DNA of 63,234 nt, filler included, from an uncultured Thermoplasmatales archaeon (GTDB taxonomy: Archaea; Thermoplasmatota; E2; DHVEG-1): the NCBI GenBank assembly GCA_964517155.1. It is 3 parts of 3 records of this genome, joined end to end, with 100 filler letters (N's around TTAATTAATTAA, not from the genome) between each part and the next. Parts side by side here need not be neighbours in the genome. Positions count along the whole stretch, not along the records: positions 1 to 22,877 come from CAZFAZ010000018.1; positions 22,978 to 53,718 come from CAZFAZ010000019.1; 1 more part is not named here. One strand, written 5' to 3'. Position numbers and translations under genes: made by a program. Positions within the stretch are counted from its first letter, which is position 1; each line of letters begins with the position of its first letter. Shown here piece after piece: positions 18,359-27,528 of this stretch. The notes beneath the pieces are model-generated. The model was not told the DNA's origin. It saw only the letters and a program-made list of their open reading frames with translations, and did no database searches.

Positions 18359-21007
18359 CTACACTACTTCCATATTATACTGTTCAAGTATGCTTCTTAA
18401 TAGCACATCATCATCTTTTACCTCAGATAAATCTTTGAAAAACACATCAACATCCTTTTTCCAGGAAAGAAATGTATTCATATGTTTTGAAAACGTGTCA
18501 AAAGCAGTATTTGCAGGTTGTCTATCATCAAGCTTTGCACTAATCTTTCCATCATTAATTGTATTTCTCAGACCAACATAACCTATTGCTACATTGATTT
18601 TATCAAAAGCAATTCCATGTTTTATTCCATAGGCTTTTTTATACGCAGATAGCTGCTGACGGTGCCCCGAGCTATGATTATCATTCTTGCTCGTCTTCCA
18701 ATCAACAATTAAATAATCATCTGAATCATTTTTAAAAACAGCATCAAGTTTTCCCGTGAAATCAATATTTTCATCAGTACTAACAAGATTTTTTAAAGCA
18801 ACTGTAATATTTTCCTCAGCACCAGCAACATGTGGGTAATCATTAATAATTTCATCAACTAATTTTTCAATATTATCTTTAAAAGGTTTCAACTCATCAG
18901 AAAGTTCAAAATCTTCTTTTTTAATAATTTTTTCAGCAAGACTATGAACATCACTGCCAAGACTAAGAGCAGAAGAATAATCACTTATTTTTAGAATACT
19001 TTTGACAAAATAATCATAGGCATTATCAGTAAGTGCGGAAAAAGAAATATGATCAATATTTTCAAAATGATTCTTTACAAAATCCTTTATCCAAACAGCT
19101 TTTGTTTCAAGCAGTTTTTTAGCCTGATCAAACTCTTTATTGACAAACAAATTATAAGCACGTTTTTTCAGCTCAGATATATCTGTTACATCAACAACAT
19201 CTACATCGATTTCCCTTAACTCAGCAAAATCATTGAGATACTCATTAGGCCTGTCAGTTACAACAAAAAGACTATCTATTGCACGAGTAAAAGCGACAAA
19301 ATCAACACGAAGTGTTTCTTCCTCAAGCTCTTCCTCTGCATTAATACCTTTAGATTTCAAGATAGAAGTAACCACTGCATCCTGAAAATTAGATCTATCA
19401 GAGGTTTTAGAAGGAACATAAATTACTTTTTCAAACTGTTTACCCTTAGCTTTATGAACAGATGTTAAAACAATATTTTTTTCAACATTGGAAACACTAC
19501 CCAATAGATCAGTAGACTCTAGAAAAGCAGAGATATTATCAATTCTTTTATCATCAACAAGACGGATTGCCTCCCAGAAGGCATCCATCATGGTAAGAGA
19601 TGCCTGCAAGTACTCCTCACCATAACTAATAGACATAGGAATTATTCTTTCTTTGAAAACTCTGTTAATGTCTTCGACATTTCTAACAGACGCACGCATT
19701 TTTCTAAAACTTGGGCAAACCCTGTAAATATCATCAATAGAAAGATTCCTTTTTTCAGAAAGATCAAATGCATCCTGCAGACAAATCGGGAAAAAAGGAG
19801 TAAACATAGCAGCTTTGACATGATTGATATTTTTACTTAAAATCCCTTTTAAAAAAGTGATAATATTAATCTGCGCATCAGCAGAAGCACTAAAAAAAGT
19901 GGAGGAATGCTCGATTTCCTGATTCACAAATTCTTTAGAAATCTTCATAATCTGAGTATTGGTCCTAGCAATCACTGCAACTTTTTCACCCTCTTTAGAC
20001 AGCTTTTTTACAAGTTTACATATAGCAGGGCACAACGCGTCTTTGGATACATCATAGATAACCGGTTTTGTGCCACCTTTTTTTTGCTTGTTTTCCAGTT
20101 TTTCAAGATCCTTACAATGATGTTTTTCTTTAGTTTTATTTGAAAAATACACGCGGGAATAATCAAGAATAGGATTAGTACTTCTAAAATTCTCAGACAG
20201 GACAAAATGCGTGGAATCACTAAATTTTTTAAAATTAAGAATAGAGCCACCCTGGAAACCAAAAATCGCCTGTTTCTGATCACCCACAGCAACAAATTTC
20301 TCAGCAGACGCAAGAGATATATCGGCTTCCATACGGTTTACATCCTGAAGCTCATCCACAAGTACATACTTAAATTTAGGAATACGCCCGAGGTTCAAAA
20401 AATCAAGAAGCATATCAGTATAATCAAGACCATGGCTGCCTTTGATTTCTTCATAAAAAGCATAAATTTTAACAAACTCTTCAAGAAAAAGCTCCAGTTC
20501 TTCCTTTGTAAAGCTTTTAAAATCAGTGATATAATTTTTAACATCATCAACATCTATATCCCTGTGAGTGACGCCAAAGCTTTTCAGATAACGAATAAGG
20601 TTCTCCATCTTAGGAACAATTGTATCAAGCAGATAACTGTCTGCATAGTTAAGGGTTTCATGATCTTTTATGTAGCGAAATATAGAATACCTCAAAAGAT
20701 TAGGTGATACTAGGTGAGATTCATCGATATTATCAAGAGCATAAGAATGAAACGTGTGAACGTTCAAATCAGAAAAATCAACATCAATTTCTTCGTCTTT
20801 GACGAGCTTAGTAATACGATCTTCCATTTCTTTTCTAGCTTTTCTTGTAAATGTTAGACAAAGAATTTCGTTAGGTTTGATACTTGATCTAAGTAGATGA
20901 ACATACTTATGAGCAAGTAAAAGTGTTTTACCAGTACCAGGATTAGCAGTAACTAAGATGTTTCCTTGGCAATCAATTATTTCTTGTTTTTCCTGATTTA
21001 TTGACAT
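18359..21007 (-). CDS. UvrD/PcrA-family helicase fused to a C-terminal PD-(D/E)XK nuclease
   Basis: ANPGTGKT, VDELQD, VGDQKQAIFGF, ENFRS, SVHKAKG, VAFTRA; C-terminal GKLDAV...IVDWKT...QLSAY. Confidence 0.9.
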   Translation of the reverse strand: MSINQEKQEIIDCQGNILVTANPGTGKTLLLAHKYVHLLRSSIKPNEILCLTFTRKARKEMEDRITKLVKDEEIDVDFSDLNVHTFHSYALDNIDESHLVSPNLLRYSIFRYIKDHETLNYADSYLLDTIVPKMENLIRYLKSFGVTHRDIDVDDVKNYITDFKSFTKEELELFLEEFVKIYAFYEEIKGSHGLDYTDMLLDFLNLGRIPKFKYVLVDELQDVNRMEADISLASAEKFVAVGDQKQAIFGFQGGSILNFKKFSDSTHFVLSENFRSTNPILDYSRVYFSNKTKEKHHCKDLEKLENKQKKGGTKPVIYDVSKDALCPAICKLVKKLSKEGEKVAVIARTNTQIMKISKEFVNQEIEHSSTFFSASADAQINIITFLKGILSKNINHVKAAMFTPFFPICLQDAFDLSEKRNLSIDDIYRVCPSFRKMRASVRNVEDINRVFKERIIPMSISYGEEYLQASLTMMDAFWEAIRLVDDKRIDNISAFLESTDLLGSVSNVEKNIVLTSVHKAKGKQFEKVIYVPSKTSDRSNFQDAVVTSILKSKGINAEEELEEETLRVDFVAFTRAIDSLFVVTDRPNEYLNDFAELREIDVDVVDVTDISELKKRAYNLFVNKEFDQAKKLLETKAVWIKDFVKNHFENIDHISFSALTDNAYDYFVKSILKISDYSSALSLGSDVHSLAEKIIKKEDFELSDELKPFKDNIEKLVDEIINDYPHVAGAEENITVALKNLVSTDENIDFTGKLDAVFKNDSDDYLIVDWKTSKNDNHSSGHRQQLSAYKKAYGIKHGIAFDKINVAIGYVGLRNTINDGKISAKLDDRQPANTAFDTFSKHMNTFLSWKKDVDVFFKDLSEVKDDDVLLRSILEQYNMEVV

Positions 21008-21060
21008 ATATCAGCACCTTACTTTTTGTTATCGATTGTTTTTATGTAGAAAAACTTTAT

Positions 21061-21150
21061 TTAAAAAGTTGGTGGAATATCACCATTGCTGATAATACTA
21101 AATTTGCAATCATCGCATATTCCATCAGGAACTTCTAGATCAGATTTCAT
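21061..21150 (-). CDS. Cys-rich micro-ORF copy 2, first CxxC replaced
   Basis: MKSDLEVPDGICDDCKFSIISNGDIPPTF*; homology to copy 1 starts at PDG. Confidence 0.55.
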   Translation of the reverse strand: MKSDLEVPDGICDDCKFSIISNGDIPPTF

Positions 21151-21360
21151 TTTCGACTCCCTTTTCTACCACCCTTTCTACCCCCTTCAATATTCTTCAT
21201 TAATCCTTTTAATTATTTCTTTTTTTAAAATGTCATTTACAGTGACATTTACGGTGTCATTTTAATGGCACTGATAACATATCAGCAATAATTATCATAC
21301 ATTTTTCTACCAACCCTTTTGCCAACCTATCTACCAACCAGCTTTTTCTCTTTACAAAGA

Positions 21361-22707
21361 CTAATCCATCTTAACTCTTTTTTTAGTTAAAACCCAACGT
21401 CCACCTTTTTTAGACCCAACGCGTTTAACTAAATCTGCTTCTTTTAATTCAAACATATCTCGTTTTACTGTTTTTTCAGTGACATCAAACTTTTCTGCAA
21501 TTTCATTTAAAGAAATATCTTCATTATTTTCTATAATTTCAAGGATTATTTCGTGTCTGACTTTTTTAGGTACATTTTTAGGGACATTTTTAGGGACATT
21601 GTAATCAGTTTGCAACTTTCTTTTAAATATCACATTGAAAAAAACATCAGTAACTTCAAAATCAAGATCTAATTTATACTCATGCATTGCATCTTTCATT
21701 CTGCTTATTCCCGATCCAACATGTTCAACATAACCAGAACGCAGCAACAAATCCATCATCAATTGATTTCTGGGAAAACTTTTCTTACCAAGTAATGCTT
21801 TATCAAAAAGCAAACTACCAGGATTAGAAATCTCAACTCTATCTAAAAATATATCCACTTGAACATGACCTACAGAAAAATAATCTCTATGAACCATAGC
21901 ATTAATTAATGCCTCACGCAACGCCCTTCTTGGAAGTTCAAATCGTTCAACTCTCTCTTTATCTATGATATAATTTGTATTAAGCTTTGAAAAAAGATAC
22001 TCCAAAGTGTTCTCATAATTTGATAAAAAATTACTATCAAATTCTTTTCTGTCTAAAATATTAGTTTTAGTTTTTCCTGCATATAAAACACAAACAACAC
22101 TTGCATTTAAAAAGAATTTTTTCACATTATAACAAAAAAATAATACACCAGCATTTTTAAGATACTTATCATCCATCAAAGATAAATTTATTATGATGTC
22201 TTTTTTGCTTAAAGAAGAAGTAATCCTGCTTTTTTTAATAAAAAAATCAAAAGAATCAGTATCAAAATCTTTGGAAAAATCAAACTTTGTATTGGGTTTT
22301 TCATCAAATAAAATAAGACCTTCTCTATGAAAAAAATCCCGTATCTCATCTCTATTTAATTTCTGTGAATTCGCCCCAATTCGAATATAAAACCAACCAG
22401 AAACAGAATAAGGTTTATTTTTTCCCTCCATTACATTAATCACTACTAAATCTTCAACTTGATCTATCTGGAGTTTAAAAGAAGGGCTCATATTTCTAGC
22501 TATATCCTGAATTTTAGACTTATCGGAGTTACTCAATTTAAGCCCTAAAACAGTACCATCATCTTTAACTCCTAAGATAATTCTACCACCAGATGCATTT
22601 GCAAAAGCACAAATATCTTTTCCAATAGATGAACTAATATTTTCTTTAAATTCAAGAGTGTATCCTTCACCGGTTTTAATTAGCTCAAGTAATTCTTTTT
22701 TATTCAC
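21361..22707 (-). CDS. AlbA_2 (Schlafen-like) + HATPase_c_4 + HTH protein ('RecG-like' regulator)
   Basis: GEGYTLEFKE, ICAFANASGG, REALINAMVHRDY, ISNPG, FPRN, NVPKx3 linker, C-terminal HTH ending GSKKGGRW. Confidence 0.88.
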   Translation of the reverse strand: MNKKELLELIKTGEGYTLEFKENISSSIGKDICAFANASGGRIILGVKDDGTVLGLKLSNSDKSKIQDIARNMSPSFKLQIDQVEDLVVINVMEGKNKPYSVSGWFYIRIGANSQKLNRDEIRDFFHREGLILFDEKPNTKFDFSKDFDTDSFDFFIKKSRITSSLSKKDIIINLSLMDDKYLKNAGVLFFCYNVKKFFLNASVVCVLYAGKTKTNILDRKEFDSNFLSNYENTLEYLFSKLNTNYIIDKERVERFELPRRALREALINAMVHRDYFSVGHVQVDIFLDRVEISNPGSLLFDKALLGKKSFPRNQLMMDLLLRSGYVEHVGSGISRMKDAMHEYKLDLDFEVTDVFFNVIFKRKLQTDYNVPKNVPKNVPKKVRHEIILEIIENNEDISLNEIAEKFDVTEKTVKRDMFELKEADLVKRVGSKKGGRWVLTKKRVKMD

Positions 22708-22811
22708 AGTAACCCAACTCTTTCAAATAACCCTGCATTTCTTTATAAATCTTCTCACATGATCTTAGCTTTTAAGATATAATCGTTTCAAATTAAAGTA
22801 TTATGGTGAGA

Positions 22812-22877
22812 TCAAAAAGTAGGATGAATATCATCATCACTAATTATTGAAACTTTACAATCATCACAGATTCCATC
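22812..22877 (-). CDS. Cys-rich micro-ORF copy 3, 5' end lost in the gap
   Basis: ...DGICDDCKVSIISDDDIHPTF*. Confidence 0.6.
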   Translation of the reverse strand, partial: DGICDDCKVSIISDDDIHPTF

Positions 22878-22977
22878 NNNNNNNNNNNNNNNNNNNNNNN
22901 NNNNNNNNNNNNNNNNNNNNNTTAATTAATTAANNNNNNNNNNNNNNNNNNNNNNNNNNNNNNNNNNNNNNNNNNNN
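22878..22977. other. Assembly gap with artificial six-frame-stop linker
   Basis: N-run containing TTAATTAATTAA at 22922-22933. Confidence 0.95.
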
Positions 22978-23984
22978 ACAATTAGTTAAAAAAAGTTATC
23001 CACAAGACTGGATAGCATATAACCAAGCACAAACACAAGAAAAAGTATTATTTCTTGAACTATTATATGAACTCACTTCTCAGATACCAAAACAAAAATA
23101 CAAGGGTACTGGCCGACCACCTACAAATATTAGTGAGATGATTTTTAGTCTTTGTTTGAAATCATATCTTGATTTTAGTAGTAGACGAACAGAAAGTGAT
23201 ATCCTTTTAGCTAAGGAAATTGGTTATATTTCTCATGTTCCGCATTTCAATACTATTCTTAAATATTTGAATAAGCCTGAGTTGAAGGATGTGTTCAAAG
23301 TATTAATTGATGTTTCTGCTATGCCATTGCGTCAGATCGAAGATAGGGTTGCGGTGGATGCTAGCGGTTTTAGCACGAGTATGTTTGGCAGATGGTATAG
23401 TATTAAACAAAAAAATGAGAAGAGGCGTTTGTTTAAAAAAGCACATGTGGTATGCGGTGTTAAGACAAATGTAATTGTATCTGTGGAGGTAACAGATGGT
23501 TATGTTCATGATACACTTATGTTCAAAAATATAGTTGAGAATGCTTTTAATAATTTTCAGATAAAAGAAGTTGTAGCCGATATGGGGTATAGTAGTAGAA
23601 ATAATATGGGTATTATCTCAAAGCATGGAGCAATACCTTTTATTCCTTTTAAAAAAAATGCTCAGAGACAGTCCAAAGGTACACCAGTGTGGAGTGCTAT
23701 GTATGATTATTTTAAAAATAACCGTGATGAATTCATGAAACATTACCATATACGCAGCAATGTTGAAACAGTTTTCAGCATGATTAAACGTAAACAAGGA
23801 ATGACTTTGAAAACCAAAAATGATATTGCACAGATAAACGAAATTATGTGCAAATGCCTTGTCCATAATATTTGTGTGCTTATTCAGGAGATGTTTGAAC
23901 TTGGAATAACCGTTGATTTCAACAGTGATACCTGTGAAGAGTTTATGTGCAGGATAAAGTTATGAAAAGTTTATGTGCAAAGCC
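22978..23984 (+). mobile_element. IS element (probably IS5 family), left end lost in the gap
   Basis: DDE transposase followed by ...TTTATGTGCAAAGCC; reverse complement GGCTTTGCACATAAA resembles IS903-type terminal IRs. Confidence 0.7.
22979..23965 (+). CDS. DDE transposase (DDE_Tnp_1-like), 5' partial
   Basis: Frame open from the gap (QDWIAYNQAQTQEK); AVDASGF, VADMGY, YHIRSNVETVFSMIK. Confidence 0.88.
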   Translation, partial: QLVKKSYPQDWIAYNQAQTQEKVLFLELLYELTSQIPKQKYKGTGRPPTNISEMIFSLCLKSYLDFSSRRTESDILLAKEIGYISHVPHFNTILKYLNKPELKDVFKVLIDVSAMPLRQIEDRVAVDASGFSTSMFGRWYSIKQKNEKRRLFKKAHVVCGVKTNVIVSVEVTDGYVHDTLMFKNIVENAFNNFQIKEVVADMGYSSRNNMGIISKHGAIPFIPFKKNAQRQSKGTPVWSAMYDYFKNNRDEFMKHYHIRSNVETVFSMIKRKQGMTLKTKNDIAQINEIMCKCLVHNICVLIQEMFELGITVDFNSDTCEEFMCRIKL

Positions 23985-24006
23985 AAGATTTACAGAAAAA
24001 ATAAAT

Positions 24007-24072
24007 ATGAAAGAAAAACTAAGAAAACAAACAAAAGAAAACAACAGAAAAAAAAGCAAAGAAATATGTTGA
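24007..24072 (+). pseudogene. Degenerate duplicate of the 5' end of the 5-formyl-THF cyclo-ligase gene
   Basis: MKEKLRKQTKENNRKKSKEIC* versus MKEKLRK(EIKEKRRK)HTKEDNRKKSKEIK at 25468. Confidence 0.7.
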
Positions 24073-24205
24073 TATGTTCATTACATTAAACAAATATAAA
24101 TAAATTTATTCAGTGAGAAAACTGTTTTTGCATTTGAATTGTATAAACACAAAGTATAAATATTTTAAGTTAAATACACTTAACATAAAATAGATTATAG
24201 GTTAA

Positions 24206-25462
24206 ATGAATATGACAAAAATAAAAGAAGATTTGGTAGATTCTAACAGATGGTGGAAAACAACTTTCAGAGTTGAATACAAAGAAAGAGAAATTTATAA
24301 AGAAATTTTAAAGTATCTTAAACTACCTCAAATAATAGCATTTACGGGCCTTATAAGAGTAGGTAAAACAACGCTTATGTATAAAATAATTCAAGACTAC
24401 ATAAGTAAAGGATTCAACCCAAAAAACATTTTATATTTCTCCTTTGATGAATACAAAGAAACTGATATAAAAGAAATACTAAATGAATATGAAAAAATAG
24501 TTGAAAAAAATATTCAAAACGAAAAATATCTAATCCTTCTAGACGAAATACAAAAAATAGAAAACTGGGAAGAAAAATTAAAAAGAATTTATGATTTATA
24601 CTCTAAAAACATCAAAATAATTATCACCGGATCAGAATCCTTGTTTATAAAAAAGAAATCTAAAGAAACACTTGCCGGCAGAATTTTTGAATTTAAAATT
24701 GAAACATTGACATTCAAAGAGTTTTTAAAATTTAAAGGGAAAAAATTCCAAAATATAAAACTATATGAAAAGGAGATTCAACAGCTATATGAAGGATATA
24801 AGATATCGCAAGGATTCCCAGAACTTGTTGATATAAAAGACAAAGAAATAATAAAAAAATATATCAAAGAAAGCATCATAGAAAAAGTAATTTATCGAGA
24901 CATTGCAAATTTGTTTAATATAAAAGATATTTCTATTCTTGAATCACTGTTAAATATTTTCATGGAAAACCCCGGACAAATAATTGAACTTTCAGAACTA
25001 GGAAAAGAACTACAAATCTCACGTCAAACATTATCTAATTATATAAGATATTTAGAAGAATCATTTCTTATAAGAAAACTTTATAATTATTCAAAAAACC
25101 AAAGAAAAGTAGAACGTAAACTTAAAAAATATTATCCAACAATAATTTCTCCAAATCTTATTTTCAAAGAGGATAACTATTCAAAATCAAAGGCTTTTGA
25201 AGCACTTTTAGTTAATCAACTTAAAGCAGAATATTTCTACAGAGATCCTTATAAAAACGAAGTGGATGTTATTATAGATAAAGATAAATTGATACCGATT
25301 GAAATAAAATATGGCAAAATTGAGACAAAAGGTTTAATATCTTTTATGAAAAAGTTCAATGTTAAAGAAGGAGTTATACTTTCATCTGATAAAGAAAAAA
25401 AGATTGAACATGAAAACAAAATAATTAACGTAATACCTGCATTTAAATACTTATCGAAGTAA
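24206..25462 (+). CDS. COG1373 AAA+ ATPase (AAA_14 + DUF4143)
   Basis: GLIRVGKT, LDEIQ, ITGS, LAGR, GFPE; C-terminal EVD...PIEIK. Confidence 0.88.
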   Translation: MNMTKIKEDLVDSNRWWKTTFRVEYKEREIYKEILKYLKLPQIIAFTGLIRVGKTTLMYKIIQDYISKGFNPKNILYFSFDEYKETDIKEILNEYEKIVEKNIQNEKYLILLDEIQKIENWEEKLKRIYDLYSKNIKIIITGSESLFIKKKSKETLAGRIFEFKIETLTFKEFLKFKGKKFQNIKLYEKEIQQLYEGYKISQGFPELVDIKDKEIIKKYIKESIIEKVIYRDIANLFNIKDISILESLLNIFMENPGQIIELSELGKELQISRQTLSNYIRYLEESFLIRKLYNYSKNQRKVERKLKKYYPTIISPNLIFKEDNYSKSKAFEALLVNQLKAEYFYRDPYKNEVDVIIDKDKLIPIEIKYGKIETKGLISFMKKFNVKEGVILSSDKEKKIEHENKIINVIPAFKYLSK

Positions 25463-25467
25463 TAACT

Positions 25468-26022
25468 ATGAAAGAAAAACTAAGAAAAGAAATAAAAGAA
25501 AAAAGAAGAAAACACACAAAAGAAGACAACAGAAAAAAAAGCAAAGAAATAAAAGAAAAGTTGTTTAGTCTTCCTGAATTTAAAGCTGCTCAGACTGTCC
25601 TTTTTTACATATCATATGATGATGAAGTATTTACTCATGACATGATTCTTGAGAGTTTTTATAAGAAAAATATTATTGTTCCTGTGAGCAATCCAGATAA
25701 ATGTACACTTACACTGTCTCATTTGAAAAGTTGGGAAGAGTTAAACCTTGGTTCATATGAAATTCTTGAGCCGAGAATTGAAAAAATAAGAAAGACAAAG
25801 GTTGAAGATATTGACCTGATTATTGCCCCTGGTGTTGCATTTGATTGCAATGGAAACAGACTAGGGCATGGTAAAGGATACTACGATAGATTACTAAAAA
25901 ATGCAAATGCACCTATTGTTGCTTTAGCATTCGATTTTCAAATAATAAAAAAAATACCAACTAATAAAAATGATGTACCCGTTGATATAATTATTACTGA
26001 AAATAGAATTATTAAATGTTAA
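25468..26022 (+). CDS. 5-formyltetrahydrofolate cyclo-ligase
   Basis: PGVAFDCNGNRLGHGKGYYDRLL, DVPVDIIITE. Confidence 0.93.
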   Translation: MKEKLRKEIKEKRRKHTKEDNRKKSKEIKEKLFSLPEFKAAQTVLFYISYDDEVFTHDMILESFYKKNIIVPVSNPDKCTLTLSHLKSWEELNLGSYEILEPRIEKIRKTKVEDIDLIIAPGVAFDCNGNRLGHGKGYYDRLLKNANAPIVALAFDFQIIKKIPTNKNDVPVDIIITENRIIKC

Positions 26023-27412
26023 GATAAGATTTTAGAAATTCATCCCAGGCTGTATTTTTCGAAAAACCTAGTTCTTCGTATTTTGCAGGTATTTCTCCAG
26101 ATAAAACATAAGCGTTATATGTCTTTTTTTCTAGTGGAAAGTAAATATTAAAACCATGAATTGGATCAGTTTGAACTTTATTTATATAGGGGACAGACTT
26201 GTTTATATTTTGCATTACATCTTCACAATATGCTTTTAGGAGATAATTATCAGTTTTATCTCTTAATTTTTCACAGAAATCATATAAATCAACCACTCCA
26301 TCATAGGCTGTAAAATTCATACTGAATTGCCTATGAAGAAATTTTATTAACGCTGACCTCCCGGGTTTTGCAAAACATTTGCTGCTTTCCCTTGAATTTT
26401 GTCTTGCTAATCTAATGTCTTTGTATATTTTTTCATCTTTGATATTTAAAATCAAAAATCTAGAAAGATTGTCAACTGAATTTATTAACTCATTTATATT
26501 GGAGTTATTAATTACACCAATATTATCATTATGTTTTACTGTTTGAAGTTTTTTGTATGGTAAACTATTAAAAAATTTGTTAATTTTTCTTAACCCGCCA
26601 AGCCATTCATCTTTGTAGTAAAAGGATTTTGGCTTGAGAATATCTGAGCTATACTTTGAAAATTCATCTGGAGACCAATCTGTGTTGTTGTGTAATTCCC
26701 AGACTGACTGATAATATCTATAAATAAAATCACTAGAAAGACAGTCTTGAGTTCCTACCATATAATCAACATAAGAAGCAACTTCATATGCAAGCTCTAT
26801 GGTATTCATTGCACAAGAGGTATGAATTACATCGATTTTTTCTTCTCCATTCTTGGTAATATATTTAAGTGCTTCACCAAGTCGTGGTGTGCTAAAACCA
26901 CTGCTTCCTTTTTTAATTGTTTTATTAAATGTTCCCCATGAATCATGAACACCATATAGCTGCCAACCAGTACCACCAGAAGCATACGTGATAAAAGCAT
27001 AATACTTTGCAGGGTAATAGTACATCATATCAGATATAAATTTTTCAAAGGTAAGTGGATTAGAATAATCAACTTCGTTAGGCCAACCAATTTTTTCATT
27101 TAAATTGATTTTTTTCCCTGTTTCATTAAAATAAATTATTTTAGAATCCCCGTTTGGGATACCATCGTATAAAGCGACTAAATTAAAATCATTTTTTGAA
27201 CCTATTTTTGAGAGATTCTCTAATAAAGGTTCTCCGTAATAACACATATTTGAATCACAACACATATAATACATAACAGTCCAGTTAGCACCGATATTTT
27301 GAGATATAAAACCAGTTTCAATATCCTTATCTTGGATAATTGTCTTTCCAATTGTATTTGATGATAATGTTAAAACAGTAATTATGAATAAAGCAACTAT
27401 TTTGTTTTTCAT
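26012..27412 (-). CDS. Secreted clostripain-like (C11) protein
   Basis: Signal peptide, WTVMYYM, YPAKYY, SCAMNTIELAYE, VDLYDF, GFNIYFP, TAWDEFL. Confidence 0.75.
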   Translation of the reverse strand: MKNKIVALFIITVLTLSSNTIGKTIIQDKDIETGFISQNIGANWTVMYYMCCDSNMCYYGEPLLENLSKIGSKNDFNLVALYDGIPNGDSKIIYFNETGKKINLNEKIGWPNEVDYSNPLTFEKFISDMMYYYPAKYYAFITYASGGTGWQLYGVHDSWGTFNKTIKKGSSGFSTPRLGEALKYITKNGEEKIDVIHTSCAMNTIELAYEVASYVDYMVGTQDCLSSDFIYRYYQSVWELHNNTDWSPDEFSKYSSDILKPKSFYYKDEWLGGLRKINKFFNSLPYKKLQTVKHNDNIGVINNSNINELINSVDNLSRFLILNIKDEKIYKDIRLARQNSRESSKCFAKPGRSALIKFLHRQFSMNFTAYDGVVDLYDFCEKLRDKTDNYLLKAYCEDVMQNINKSVPYINKVQTDPIHGFNIYFPLEKKTYNAYVLSGEIPAKYEELGFSKNTAWDEFLKSYLNI

Positions 27413-27528
27413 CTTTTATCACAAAGTTAAATAATATGGCCAATTAAATAAATTTATTGATTTAAAGGGCGGAAAAAAATCCAAAGATTTAAGACCACAA
27501 TTCTTCAATTTTTTAGAACATATTTTAC

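Noticed and set aside
22922..22933. Palindromic TTAATTAATTAA inside both N-runs (also 53763-53774)
   Set aside because: Standard artificial contig-joining linker with stops in all six frames. It also means the IS at 22978 cannot be assumed to border the defence island.
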